A stretch of DNA of 64,000 bases from Desulfatiglandales bacterium (GCA_963662465.1 OY759599.1:3936001-4000000); one strand, 5' to 3'. Positions 51,927 through 61,820 are shown, counted from the stretch's first letter. The notes: a model not told the origin generated them from the sequence alone. Numbers and translations: made by a program.

Positions 51927-52673
51927 TTAAACCCCAAAGTAGGCCGTACGGATATCCGGATTGCTCAACAGTTCTTTACGGGTCCCTTCCATGACCGCCG
52001 TGCCGTTTTCCAGGATAAAGGCGTAATCCACGATGGGAAGCACGGGTCTGGCGTACTGTTCGGTTACGATGATGGAGATCTTCCGCTGATCCCGAATGAC
52101 CTTGGTGCCGCGTATGAGGATGGCCTGCATGAGGGGACTGAGACCCAGGAGCGGCTCATCCAGAAGCAGCAGCCTGGGTTGGGCCATGAGCGCCCGTCCG
52201 ATGGCCAGCATCTGCTGCTCGCCGCCGCTTAAGAAGCCGCCGGTGCGCTTTTTCAATTTCAACAGGGCCGGGAAAATTTCAAACACATATGCCATGGTTT
52301 CCCTGGCCTGGGACGCATTGGCCAGGTACCCCCCGATGCGCAGATTTTCCAGCACGCTGCTTTCCTTGAAGATCCGGCGTCTCTCGGGGCAGAGCACGAT
52401 GCCCTGTTTGGCGCGGAGGCTGGGTTTAAGGTCCATGATGTCTTTTCCCAGAAACTGAATCTCTCCCATAATGGTGATGCGCTCCCCGCCGGCCATGGCT
52501 TCTTTTTTTCGAATATCTTCCATGATGCCGGAAAGGGTATACATAAGGGTTGATTTCCCGGCACTGTTGGCGCCGAAGACGCCGACAATCTGATTCTCAT
52601 CGCACTTAACCGCCACGTTGTTGAGCGCCAGCATATTTTCGTAAAACACCATCAAGCCGCTTGCCTCAAGCAT
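51927..52673 (-). CDS. livF: Liv-type ABC ATPase
   Basis: GANSAGKST, LSGGEQQMLAIGRALM. Confidence 0.88.
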   Translation of the reverse strand: MLEASGLMVFYENMLALNNVAVKCDENQIVGVFGANSAGKSTLMYTLSGIMEDIRKKEAMAGGERITIMGEIQFLGKDIMDLKPSLRAKQGIVLCPERRRIFKESSVLENLRIGGYLANASQARETMAYVFEIFPALLKLKKRTGGFLSGGEQQMLAIGRALMAQPRLLLLDEPLLGLSPLMQAILIRGTKVIRDQRKISIIVTEQYARPVLPIVDYAFILENGTAVMEGTRKELLSNPDIRTAYFGV

Positions 52674-53454
52674 AGGACATGACCTCCTCGATGTCTTCGG
52701 AACCAAAATAGGCTTCCTTCACTTTTTCATTGGCCATGACTTCATCGGAAGTGCCTTCGGTCAGTTTTTCGCCAAAATTAAGGACCATGATGCGATCCGC
52801 CACGCGGAACAGCTCCCGCAAACGATGTTCAATCATGATCAGGGTAATGCCATCCATTTGCAGCCGTTCGATGAGGGGCACCATACTGGCGATTTCACTC
52901 GCGCTCAGCCCTGAAAAGACCTCGTCGCACAGAATAATGTCCGGTTTCAGGGCCAGGCATCGGGCCAGTTCCAACCGCTTGAGATAACCCGTGGGGAGGG
53001 TGGATGCCAATTTGTAGGGCACCCGTGAATCTCGCTCAAATCCGATTTCTTCCAGGATGTCGATGCCCACCGTGTTTCGGTCCCCCAGATTCCCGCCGCC
53101 CCGCCAGCCCCCGGTCCGTTTGGCTCGGGGTGAGGAAAGGGGGATCACCAGGTTCTTGAAAGCGGGGAGGCTGTAATAGGGTCGCATGATCTGAAAGGTA
53201 CGGGTGACGCCCATATCCGCGATTTTGTGGGCGGCCTTTCCGGTGATGTTTTTGCCCCTGAAAAAGATTTGGCCCGAGGTCGCCCGGATGAACCCCGTGA
53301 TGCAGTTGACAATGGTGGTCTTACCGGAACCGTTAGGACCGATAATCCCCAGAATTTCACCTTGGTTCAAATGGAAATTGACCCGGTTCAAGGCCAGGAT
53401 GCCGCCAAAGGCCTTGGTCAAGTCTTTGACTTCCAGGATCGGTTGATCGCTCAT
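52666..53454 (-). CDS. livG: Liv-type ABC ATPase
   Basis: GPNGSGKTT, RTFQ, KRLELAR, VKEAYFG. Confidence 0.88.
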   Translation of the reverse strand: MSDQPILEVKDLTKAFGGILALNRVNFHLNQGEILGIIGPNGSGKTTIVNCITGFIRATSGQIFFRGKNITGKAAHKIADMGVTRTFQIMRPYYSLPAFKNLVIPLSSPRAKRTGGWRGGGNLGDRNTVGIDILEEIGFERDSRVPYKLASTLPTGYLKRLELARCLALKPDIILCDEVFSGLSASEIASMVPLIERLQMDGITLIMIEHRLRELFRVADRIMVLNFGEKLTEGTSDEVMANEKVKEAYFGSEDIEEVMSYA

Positions 53455-54464
53455 ACTTTGACCCACCTTTCAATCTGATGATATTTTCTTTCTCCGTACA
53501 CCATGAGGCCTTCACTCCGAAAAACCACAAAGCCCACCAGCAGCAGGGCGTAAAATACGATGCGAAGGGTGCCGAAGTCCCTGAGCAGTTCGGATATGGG
53601 GACGAGAATCAGACAGCCCAGAACCGGACCCACCAGCGTACCGCTCCCCCCGATGACCGTGGCGGCGATGGGCAGGATGGAGAAATCCAGGGCGAACAGG
53701 GAAATGCCGCCCCACATGTAGATGTGTACCAGACAGGCGCCGCCCATACATCCCATGGCCGAGGCAATGAACACCGCCCCCGCCTTATAAAGGTTTACAC
53801 TGATTCCGGAAGCGCGGACCGCCTGGTCGTTGTCCTTTACGGCCCGAATCACCAGACCCACATCCGTGTTGACCAGCCGTCTGATGCCGAACAGAAAGAG
53901 GAGTACCAGCAAAATGACAAAATACTGCTCCATCCACGCATTGGGGAAACTGTCAATGCCCATAATGCCGTCCGTGCCGCCCAGAATGTCCGTGGCTTCA
54001 ATAACCCGGGCAATCGCCAGGGGATACATGAGGGTGACAATGGCGAAATAGACCCCTCTAAGGGGCAAGCAGGGGAGCAGCAGCACGGTACAGATGATGG
54101 CGCCCAACAGCGTAGCAATGGGAATGGCCAGAAACGGGGGGGCGCCGAAAGAAGTATTCAGGATAGCCGAGAGATACCCTCCGACGCCGATGAAAAAAGC
54201 CCCCCCAAGGGACACAAGGCCCACAAAATGGGCCAGAAAATCAAAGCTCAGGGCCAGCAAGGCATAAATGCACACGATGGTGATCACGCGCGGCCAGTAC
54301 ATGCCGGGCATTACCAGGGGCAATGCCAGCAATCCCACAATCAAAACCAGTCTCGGCAGCGTCAGATAAGACAATTCCTGCCAGCCCATGAGTGCGTAGA
54401 GACCATCGGAGCGAATCTTAATGCCCCGGTCCAGACGCTCCTTTCGTTGTTGTTTTGTATTCAC
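53451..54464 (-). CDS. livM: Liv-type ABC permease
   Basis: LRGVYFAIVTL, GGTDG, IGGSGTLVGP; GTG start inferred. Confidence 0.85.
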   Translation of the reverse strand: MNTKQQRKERLDRGIKIRSDGLYALMGWQELSYLTLPRLVLIVGLLALPLVMPGMYWPRVITIVCIYALLALSFDFLAHFVGLVSLGGAFFIGVGGYLSAILNTSFGAPPFLAIPIATLLGAIICTVLLLPCLPLRGVYFAIVTLMYPLAIARVIEATDILGGTDGIMGIDSFPNAWMEQYFVILLVLLFLFGIRRLVNTDVGLVIRAVKDNDQAVRASGISVNLYKAGAVFIASAMGCMGGACLVHIYMWGGISLFALDFSILPIAATVIGGSGTLVGPVLGCLILVPISELLRDFGTLRIVFYALLLVGFVVFRSEGLMVYGERKYHQIERWVKV

Positions 54465-54466
54465 CC

Positions 54467-55333
54467 CTATACCCTCTCTTCCAGTTCTTTCTGCTGTCCG
54501 AACAGACCCGACGGTTTCAGGATCAGCGTTATAATGATGGCCAACAGGGCCACGACCATCTGAAAATGGCTTCCCAGATAGACGGTGGTTAGAATCTGAG
54601 CGAATCCGATCAAAAATGCCGCCAGAACCGCCCCCATCCAGCTGCCAAGCCCTCCCACGATACAAACGGCGATGGCCTGAATCAGAACGTCATACCCTTT
54701 TTCCACCACGATATTGCCCAGGGGCAGTATCAAAATCGCCGCCAGTCCCGCCAGCATGGCGCCGAAGGCCATGGCCACCATCGCCATGGTATCCGAGTCG
54801 ATCCCCAGCATCAGGGCTGCCCGTTCATCCTGGGCCATGCCCCGAAGGGCCAGGCCGATGCGGGTGTAGTGGGTGAACAGCCATAGAAAAGCCACCAGCA
54901 GAACCCCGATGGCGACCACCATGATTCGCTGGTAATCCACCGGGATGTCTCCGATGGTGATGCTCCCTTCGATGAATACGGGGAGGGTGTAGGTGCTTCC
55001 CTTGAACCCGCCCCACCGAAGCCCTTCCAGAATGGCGAGTCCGATAGCATAGGAAGCGATGATTTCCGAGATGTTCATGCCGCGCACCCGGATCAACACG
55101 AAGCGGTACATGAGTGCGCCCAGGAGCCCCGTCAAAGCCAGGGCCAGGACAATGCTGATGACATAATTGAAATTTAACCCCCGAACAAACGCCCAGGCGA
55201 CGAATCCGCATAGCACATAAATGGCGCCGTGGGCAAAATTAGGAATGCGGCTGGTCCCGTAGACCAGGGCGAACCCCAGGGCCATGAGTGCCAGCATGAT
55301 ACTGTTGATGGTACCGTAAATCAAAATATCCAT
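54467..55333 (-). CDS. livH: Liv-type ABC permease
   Basis: LVYG...NFAHGA, GLALRGMAQD, IVGGLGS, KPSGLFG. Confidence 0.88.
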   Translation of the reverse strand: MDILIYGTINSIMLALMALGFALVYGTSRIPNFAHGAIYVLCGFVAWAFVRGLNFNYVISIVLALALTGLLGALMYRFVLIRVRGMNISEIIASYAIGLAILEGLRWGGFKGSTYTLPVFIEGSITIGDIPVDYQRIMVVAIGVLLVAFLWLFTHYTRIGLALRGMAQDERAALMLGIDSDTMAMVAMAFGAMLAGLAAILILPLGNIVVEKGYDVLIQAIAVCIVGGLGSWMGAVLAAFLIGFAQILTTVYLGSHFQMVVALLAIIITLILKPSGLFGQQKELEERV

Positions 55334-55462
55334 AGCCTGATTCCCAAGATGAGATTTCCAGGATAAGGGCCCACAAAAGGCCCCATGTGTTATCGCTTTT
55401 GGATTCGCTCGCCTTTTTGTCCGGGGCTTTGTCAGGCCGGCAAAAAGGCGATTAAAAGGCTG

Positions 55463-56737
55463 TTATTTGGCTGGTTTCATCCATGGGGGGAGTTGAATCT
55501 CACCCGTGGCGATGGATTTGGGAAAGACCACCACCCGTTTTCCGTCCTGCCACTGGAAGATGCTTCCCACAGCGCCTTCTTTGGGATCAAAGGCGGGAAT
55601 GACCTGATGGCTTTTGGGGTTGAACCGGAGTCTGCCGTAGACGCCCACCATGTCGGTTTTTTCAAGGGCCGCCACCACTTTGTCGGGATCCAGGGACCCG
55701 GCCCGTTCAATGGCGTCTTTCAACACGTACACCGCCATGTAGCTGCTGGAACTGCCCAGACCCTCGGGCTCGATATTCCAGCGGTCCTTATAGGCGTTAT
55801 AGAACTTCATGGTCCAGGGAGTGGCTTCGCTGGGCGCGTTTCCGGCATTCACCACGTTGGCCAGGCAATACTGACCCTTGCCCTTGGTGGCCTCCCAGAA
55901 GCCGGGTTGTTCAGCCGCGGCCAGGGTGGAGCCGAAGGGGAGAGCCGGAATTTTCATGTCATACCACTGTTTCAGCAGAATGGAGCTTTCCGGCATATCC
56001 ATCCAGATGGAGATGACCTGACTGTTGGTCTTTTTGGCTTGGATGAGGCCCATGGAAAAATCGCTGGTGCCGGTGGGATATATTTCGGTACCCGTGACGT
56101 CCCAGCCCATTTTCTTGGCCAGTTTGCCGAGGATTTTCCCTGCTGCACGGGCATGGCTCACATCCTGAACCATGATAAACAACCGTTCGAATCCATATTT
56201 TTCCTTGATTTCCGTCAGGCAGGTGAGGATTTCCTTAACCAGCCATTTGGCTTCCCCATGGATCCTGAAGCAGTATTTGAATTTGTCGTATTTTTTCTCC
56301 ACCATGGCATGATATTTGGGGCTCAAAGCGCCGGTGGTGAGGATGGAAACAACCTTATGTTTGGAGAGAAGGGACATGGCCGCCAGAGCCGCTTCGGAAC
56401 GGACGGGCCCGCCGATGATAAAATGAATCTTTTTTTCGAGGATCAGTTTGTCCATGGCCATGAGGGCTTCGCTCACCGGCACGCCCGGTTCCAGGTCCCG
56501 GGTGTCGATAACGTCCACGGCGAAAGGCCTTTTTTCCCCTGCCACGGTTACTCCTCCCTGGGCGTTGATTTCCTCAACGGCCAGTTTAATCCCCCGCTCG
56601 GCGTCCCATCCATAGAGATAGGCCGTTGACAGCGGTGCTCCGATCTTTATGGGTTCCGCCGCCCCTCCCATGACGGGAAATACCAGCAAAAATGAAAACA
56701 ACGCAATGGCCAGGATCAGTCGATTTTTGGTGTACAT
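55463..56737 (-). CDS. Liv-type ABC substrate-binding protein
   Basis: Signal peptide, LAVEEINAQGG, QWQDGKRVVVFP; RBS GAGGAGG. Confidence 0.9.
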   Translation of the reverse strand: MYTKNRLILAIALFSFLLVFPVMGGAAEPIKIGAPLSTAYLYGWDAERGIKLAVEEINAQGGVTVAGEKRPFAVDVIDTRDLEPGVPVSEALMAMDKLILEKKIHFIIGGPVRSEAALAAMSLLSKHKVVSILTTGALSPKYHAMVEKKYDKFKYCFRIHGEAKWLVKEILTCLTEIKEKYGFERLFIMVQDVSHARAAGKILGKLAKKMGWDVTGTEIYPTGTSDFSMGLIQAKKTNSQVISIWMDMPESSILLKQWYDMKIPALPFGSTLAAAEQPGFWEATKGKGQYCLANVVNAGNAPSEATPWTMKFYNAYKDRWNIEPEGLGSSSSYMAVYVLKDAIERAGSLDPDKVVAALEKTDMVGVYGRLRFNPKSHQVIPAFDPKEGAVGSIFQWQDGKRVVVFPKSIATGEIQLPPWMKPAK

Positions 56738-56779
56738 TCTTTGTTCCTCCTCAAAGGTTAAAAAAGAAGTGGTTCTATT

Positions 56780-56944
56780 TCAGGAAGATTCAGGCGGTAT
56801 TAACCCATGTTTTCGAATCTTCCGTTTCACCCGTGACACCGATATCTTTAACAGGCGGGAAGCCTTGTCAATATCCCAATTCGTCTTTTCCAGAACCGTC
56901 AGGAGATGTTCTTTTTCAATTTCTCTGAGGGTTTTGAGGTTCAT
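56780..56944 (-). CDS. Stand-alone Fis-type HTH protein (54 aa)
   Basis: TLREIEKEHLLTVLEKTNWDIDKASRLLKIS; RBS AGAGGA. Confidence 0.75.
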   Translation of the reverse strand: MNLKTLREIEKEHLLTVLEKTNWDIDKASRLLKISVSRVKRKIRKHGLIPPESS

Positions 56945-56978
56945 CGCTGATTCCTCTGCGTCAGTTGACGTTAGAGTG

Positions 56979-56994
56979 AGCAATATGCGTGCCA
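56979..56994 (-). promoter_or_regulatory. Sigma54 promoter of the transporter/CoA ligase operon
   Basis: TGGCAC-GCATA-TTGCT. Confidence 0.85.
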
Positions 56995-57103
56995 TACAGC
57001 CTTCCATGAATTCGCAACGGTATTTCAGAGGCCATCTATCTTATATTGTTATGAAAAATTAACATACCGAAAATGAAGCACCCCCGAAGCGTGTTCCTCT
57101 GTT

Positions 57104-57120
57104 CTGAAAAAAAGTTTCAG
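57104..57120. promoter_or_regulatory. Candidate upstream activator sequence
   Basis: CTGAAA-N5-TTTCAG palindrome about 110 bp upstream of the -24 box. Confidence 0.5.
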
Positions 57121-57166
57121 GGTATGGAAAATTTTTTTGTAGCGAAGGTCGATTTTCAGGCCATGC

Positions 57167-58522
57167 TCAGACTGGTGGCGCCGCGATGTGGTATTTTCGG
57201 ATTTTGCTGCGCAAGGTGGGAAGTGAGATGCCCATTGCCTGGGCTGCCTTTGTGCGATTCCACCCCAGGAGACGAAGGGTCTTTTCGATGTGCTCTTTTT
57301 CCATTCGGAGCAGGGAATATCCAGGAATGCCGCCGGAGTCAAGGCCGGTGTCGGTATTGAGAATATCTTCCATATCTTCCAGAAGGATCACATTCCCTCT
57401 GGCCCTTACCACCGCCTCCACCAGACAGTTTTCCAGCTCCCGAACATTTCCCGTCCATGGGTGAAGCATGAGCCGTTCAATCAGGCCTTGCTGGAGCTTT
57501 GAAACCTCGGTATTCAACTCATGATTGATTTTTTGAAGAAAATGCTTGATCAGGCTCGGGATGTCCGACAAGCGTTCCCGTAGCGGGGGAACCTGAAGCG
57601 TGACCACGCGCAGGCGGTAATAGAGATCTTCCTTGAATTCTTTCTTCCGGACCATGGCCGTCAACCCTCGATTGGTGGCGCCGATGATGCGGCATCGCGA
57701 TTTCAGAATTTCGTTTCCCCCCACCCGGGTAAACTCGCGACGCTGAAGAAAACCCAGGAATTTGCTCTGAAGCCGCGCCGGCAATTCGCCCAGTTCATCC
57801 AGAAAAAGGGTCCCTTTCCCAGCCAGTTCGATTTTTCCCTGCTTGGTGGTGGTGGCGCCGGTGAAAGCCCCTCTTTCATGCCCGAAAAGCTCGCTCTCCA
57901 GAAGAGTCTCCACCGTGGATGAGCAATCCATGGTGATAAACGGTTCCTTATTGAAGCGGCAGTTCCGGTGAATGGTCCTGGCAATGAGTTCCTTGCCCGT
58001 ACCCGTTTCCCCTTCAATCAGGACCGTGGCCCGGTTCTGGCATACCAGGCCGATCATTTTAAAAATCCGCCGCATCTTGTCGCTTTTACCGATAATCACG
58101 TCTTTGTTCGCGGGGGGATCTTCCACTTTCATGAAGGGCGTTTCACGGTCCACTTGAAGGATATGCAATGCACGGTTTACCGTTTTTTCAACCAATTCAG
58201 CATCCAGAGGTTTGTGGAGATAGTCGAATGCGCCCCGTTTCATGGCTTCGATGGTCGTTTCCATGTCCTGAAAGGCCGTCATCATAATAACCTTGGCGGG
58301 GCGTTGGTCTTTCTGAATTTGCGTCAGTACATCCAGACCGTTCATATCCGGCAGGCGGATGTCCATAATAACCACTTCCGGCCTTTCACGAGAAAAGAGG
58401 GCGTATCCCTTTCCGCCGACGTCCGCTCGAAAAACCTCATGACCCTTTTCCCCGAGAAACATTTCCAGGGATTCCAAAATGGAAACCTCATCATCAATGA
58501 TCAGAATCTTGGCCATATTCAC
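57167..58522 (-). CDS. NtrC-family sigma54 response regulator
   Basis: REC, GETGTGKE, ESELFGHERGAFTGA, DLYYRL, WTGNVREL, Fis HTH. Confidence 0.95.
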   Translation of the reverse strand: MNMAKILIIDDEVSILESLEMFLGEKGHEVFRADVGGKGYALFSRERPEVVIMDIRLPDMNGLDVLTQIQKDQRPAKVIMMTAFQDMETTIEAMKRGAFDYLHKPLDAELVEKTVNRALHILQVDRETPFMKVEDPPANKDVIIGKSDKMRRIFKMIGLVCQNRATVLIEGETGTGKELIARTIHRNCRFNKEPFITMDCSSTVETLLESELFGHERGAFTGATTTKQGKIELAGKGTLFLDELGELPARLQSKFLGFLQRREFTRVGGNEILKSRCRIIGATNRGLTAMVRKKEFKEDLYYRLRVVTLQVPPLRERLSDIPSLIKHFLQKINHELNTEVSKLQQGLIERLMLHPWTGNVRELENCLVEAVVRARGNVILLEDMEDILNTDTGLDSGGIPGYSLLRMEKEHIEKTLRLLGWNRTKAAQAMGISLPTLRSKIRKYHIAAPPV

Positions 58523-60038
58523 CGCCCGTTGGAAGGTTCACATGAAATGTCGCGCCTTTGGATGAACGGTTTTCAGCCTTTATCCAACCGCCATGAGCAT
58601 GGACAATCCGACTGACATTGGAAAGTCCGAGGCCCGTGCCTTTGGTTCGGGTGGAAAAAAAGGGTTTGAAAATTTCATCCATGAATCGGGGTTGAATCCC
58701 GTGCCCTTCGTCTTGAATGAGTACTTCCACATAGGGCTGTTTGACCTCGGGATGATAAAGGCTGCGTACCGTGATGCAGCTTCCCTCGCTGGAAGCGTCA
58801 ATGGCATTTAAAAAGAGGTTGAGCAATGCCTGTTCCAATTTGCCCGCATCCGCCTGAAAAACAGGGACTGCCTCATCCAATACGGCTGTAATACTCAGGT
58901 TGTTTTCCTTGAATCTAACGTCCAGGGTTTCCGTGCAGGCGGACAGAATTTCATTGAGGTCCGAAGATGAAAAAGCCAGATCGAGGGGTTTGGCAAAGTC
59001 CAGAAGTTCGGTCAGAATCCTTTCCAGTCGCGTTGTCTCGCGAATGGAGATGTTGACGCGACGCTTGTCGTTGCCTTGTATGTCCGGATTTTTCTCCAGT
59101 ATTTGAAGGTTCATTTTGACGGCCGAAAGCGGATTGCGAATCTCGTGGGAAAGAGAGGTGGTGATCTGACCGATATAAGCCATTCGTTCCGATTCCCTAA
59201 CCTTCTTTTCCATTTTCACCCGTTCGGTAATATCCCTGCAAATGCCGATGTTGGACATCCGTCCTTCATAGGCCGCCACATTGGCTCGGATCTCGGTGGG
59301 ATAAGTATGGCCGTTTTGGGTGAGACGCATATATTCAAAAATGGCAGGGCTGGGTTGATTTTCAAGACTCCTTTTGTAAATATCAATGACCTCTTTTCGG
59401 CTCATGGGGGCCAAAAAGGCGTAAAATTTTTTTCCCAAGACCTCTTCAGGCAGATAGCCGTGCATTCGACAGAAGGCACGGTTGGCAAAAACGATGACTT
59501 GGTCCTGAATCACAAAATATCCGTCATTGATTTCCTCCACCAGTACTTTGTACCGCAATTCCGATTCCCGCAGGGCTTTGGTCCTGAGCCGGACCTCGTC
59601 TTCCAATTGCCGGTTGTGCGCCAGAATCTTTTTCTCGTGCATGTTTTGAAAATGATCACTGAAACGACGAATGGTATAGGCCAGGCAGCGATTGATATTG
59701 ACAACCCCGCGAAGAAAATCGTCAGCGGTACACTGTTCCACCAGAATGGGGATCGCAATAGTTCGGTACAATTCAAATGCGGTTTGAACATCCGACAGGT
59801 GAAACCCGGCTTCGAGACGCATTTTGCATATTTTATTGATAAATCGGTTGATTGGACCCATTTGTTCATCAACCAGAAAATGATAGTTGGCCTCGAATGC
59901 CTCGCTAATGGTTCCAAACAGCTCTTCGCGAGGTCTGGAAGCGTATAGCGGGCCGGCATTCTCTTTAAGCCTGTTGACCCATTCGTCAATAATCTGGGAG
60001 CGATAAGTGTGGTGAAATTCTTTCAGACTCAAGGGCAT
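58494..60038 (-). CDS. Cytoplasmic sensor histidine kinase (RsbRD_N-like helical domain + PAS)
   Basis: SQIIDEW...RLEAGF N-domain, SHEIRNPL, FKPFFSTR, GTGLGL. Confidence 0.88.
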   Translation of the reverse strand: MPLSLKEFHHTYRSQIIDEWVNRLKENAGPLYASRPREELFGTISEAFEANYHFLVDEQMGPINRFINKICKMRLEAGFHLSDVQTAFELYRTIAIPILVEQCTADDFLRGVVNINRCLAYTIRRFSDHFQNMHEKKILAHNRQLEDEVRLRTKALRESELRYKVLVEEINDGYFVIQDQVIVFANRAFCRMHGYLPEEVLGKKFYAFLAPMSRKEVIDIYKRSLENQPSPAIFEYMRLTQNGHTYPTEIRANVAAYEGRMSNIGICRDITERVKMEKKVRESERMAYIGQITTSLSHEIRNPLSAVKMNLQILEKNPDIQGNDKRRVNISIRETTRLERILTELLDFAKPLDLAFSSSDLNEILSACTETLDVRFKENNLSITAVLDEAVPVFQADAGKLEQALLNLFLNAIDASSEGSCITVRSLYHPEVKQPYVEVLIQDEGHGIQPRFMDEIFKPFFSTRTKGTGLGLSNVSRIVHAHGGWIKAENRSSKGATFHVNLPTGGEYGQDSDH

Positions 60039-60355
60039 GGGGAAATAGCTCGACCTGTAAGGGGGGCAAGTGTTCGCATATTTGCCAAGAACTATAGGTA
60101 AATGCAATTTGGCAGTCAAGGGAATTTCTTCCGTGACGGCAGATTGCATAGGGGCGAAACCGCGGCTATTCTAATATTTACGGTCCACAACCCTTCACTC
60201 ATCTTTATTCGAAAAGACTTCGCTGTTTGCTTTTTTGTTTCTTTGAAACGGTTGCTTCAAAGCGACCCGTAAGGGAGGGGAATGCAGAAAGAGAAAGGTC
60301 AAATCATTGAGAAAGTGCGGGATATTTTAAGTCGACGGGGGGGCCGATGTATCTT

Positions 60356-60445
60356 AGGCCTGAAGGGCCGTGACATACCAGACCAGGGCAACGCCCTGGG
60401 AATAGGTTGCAAAGATCGTTTAGCCCTGTAAGGGCGTGACATTCC
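60356..60445. repeat. REP-like multi-hairpin element
   Basis: GGCC-TGAAG-GGCC, CCAGGGCAACGCCCTGG, GCCC-TGTAA-GGGC, repeated GTGACAT. Confidence 0.5.
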
Positions 60446-60485
60446 GCCTAAATGCATTTGACGCGAGAACATTTTAAAAAACAGC

Positions 60486-60514
60486 TTGCAATAGTCCCAG
60501 ATTGGGACTACCAT
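60486..60514 (+). promoter_or_regulatory. higBA promoter with operator
   Basis: TTGCAA-N17-TACCAT enclosing TAGTCCCA-N3-TGGGACTA. Confidence 0.65.
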
Positions 60515-60521
60515 CATCAAA

Positions 60522-60824
60522 ATGAGGATCATCGCGCTGTCCGCACTCAAGATATTCTGGGAAACACGTCCGTCCTATGCCGATGTTAAGGAACCGGCAC
60601 TAGCGTGGTATCGTCGTGTGTTGCAGGCAGACTGGGAAACACCTGCGGATGTGAAAAAGAATTTCGGAAGCGCCAGCATTCTCAAGGACGGCAGGGTGGT
60701 TTTTAATCTTGCAGGCAACAAATACCGTTTGGTAGTATGGATCAATTATGCATATCGAGTGGTGTATATCCGTTTTATCGGCACCCATGCTCAATATGAT
60801 CGAATTGACGTCCAAACGGTTTAG
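60522..60824 (+). CDS. higB: HigB toxin
   Basis: MRIIA, W..PADVK..F.SAS, RVVFNLAGNKYRLVV, FIGTHAQYD. Confidence 0.92.
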   Translation: MRIIALSALKIFWETRPSYADVKEPALAWYRRVLQADWETPADVKKNFGSASILKDGRVVFNLAGNKYRLVVWINYAYRVVYIRFIGTHAQYDRIDVQTV

Positions 60825-60839
60825 CCGGGGGGATTTCGA

Positions 60840-61223
60840 ATGGATATAAAAGCGATAAAAACCGAAGATAATTATCGTGAGGCTTTGAGTGAAATTGAAA
60901 CCCTAATGCAGGCGTCAGCCGGAACTCCTGAAGGGGAAAAGCTTGATGTGCTGACTACATTGGTTGAGGCCTATGAAACGAAACACTATCCGTTGGATCT
61001 GCCAGATCCGGTGGAGGCGATTAAATTTGAAATGGAGCAGCAATGCCTTACGGTGAAGGATCTTGAAACCATCATCGGTAAAAGCAATCGGGTATACGAG
61101 ATCCTTAACCACAAACGCACATTGACCCTCAGGATGATTTGGCGTTTGCATGAACGGCTGGGCATTCCGGCAGAATCGTTGATTAAGCCACCGACACAAG
61201 AACGATCAAACAGAGCGTTGTAG
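60840..61223 (+). CDS. higA: HigA antitoxin
   Basis: IKTEDNYREAL, LVEAYE, PDPVEAIKFEMEQ, HTH. Confidence 0.92.
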   Translation: MDIKAIKTEDNYREALSEIETLMQASAGTPEGEKLDVLTTLVEAYETKHYPLDLPDPVEAIKFEMEQQCLTVKDLETIIGKSNRVYEILNHKRTLTLRMIWRLHERLGIPAESLIKPPTQERSNRAL

Positions 61224-61339
61224 AAGAATTGTTTCACAGAAGGCAACAAAGAAAAACCCCCTGGAACGCCTCCCGCACATGCTATTGAACAAATCCGGGT
61301 CCCGGATAAAAATTGGGCTGTTGCACTGATACCCAGTTC

Positions 61340-61820
61340 TCTTACGGCCCAGCCAACCGGGCTCGAATGGAGGGCTGTCGCCTCGCTTATTACAGGGCTT
61401 GGCGGTGACATTCTCCACGGGGACGGTTCCAGGATACGTAACCGTTCACGGTTGCCGGTTTACAGTTGCCGGTTCACGGTTGCCGGTTCACGGTTTTTCA
61501 ATGAATTATGGGTTTCCTTCATACAGATTTACATTTTCTTGATGCATCGTTTTTTCAATTTTAATGAAGGATGCGGAATTATGTTGGGATTGATAACCGT
61601 AATTTTTTAAATCTTCACAAGAGGACCCCATAATCTTCCGTTATCCTCTGTTTTTCAACCGTAAACCGGCAACCGTAAACCGTGGACGGTTACCAGGATA
61701 CGTATTGATCTCAAAGGTGAATCGGTCAACATACACAGTCCTCATCCGCAAAAGGAACTCAAACGATACGCCGTGAGGCTTGTCAGAGAATTACTGATAC
61801 GAACAGGAAACATCCCGTGA
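61340..61820 (+). pseudogene. hicA: HicA toxin interrupted by a MITE; 5' end decayed
   Basis: EWRAVASLITGLGGDILHGDGSRIR | IDLKGESVNIHSPHPQKELKRYAVRLVRELL; the frame is restored by removing the MITE and one TSD. Confidence 0.85.
61438..61693. mobile_element. 256-bp IS66-type MITE with heptamer-repeat arms
   Basis: GTAACCGTTCACGG...CCGTGGACGGTTAC ends; perfect 8-bp TSD CAGGATAC (61430-61437, 61694-61701). Confidence 0.85.

Noticed and set aside
61438..61700. Short repeats as a possible CRISPR array
   Set aside because: Units are contiguous 7-mers without unique spacers, no cas genes are present, and the MITE explains them.
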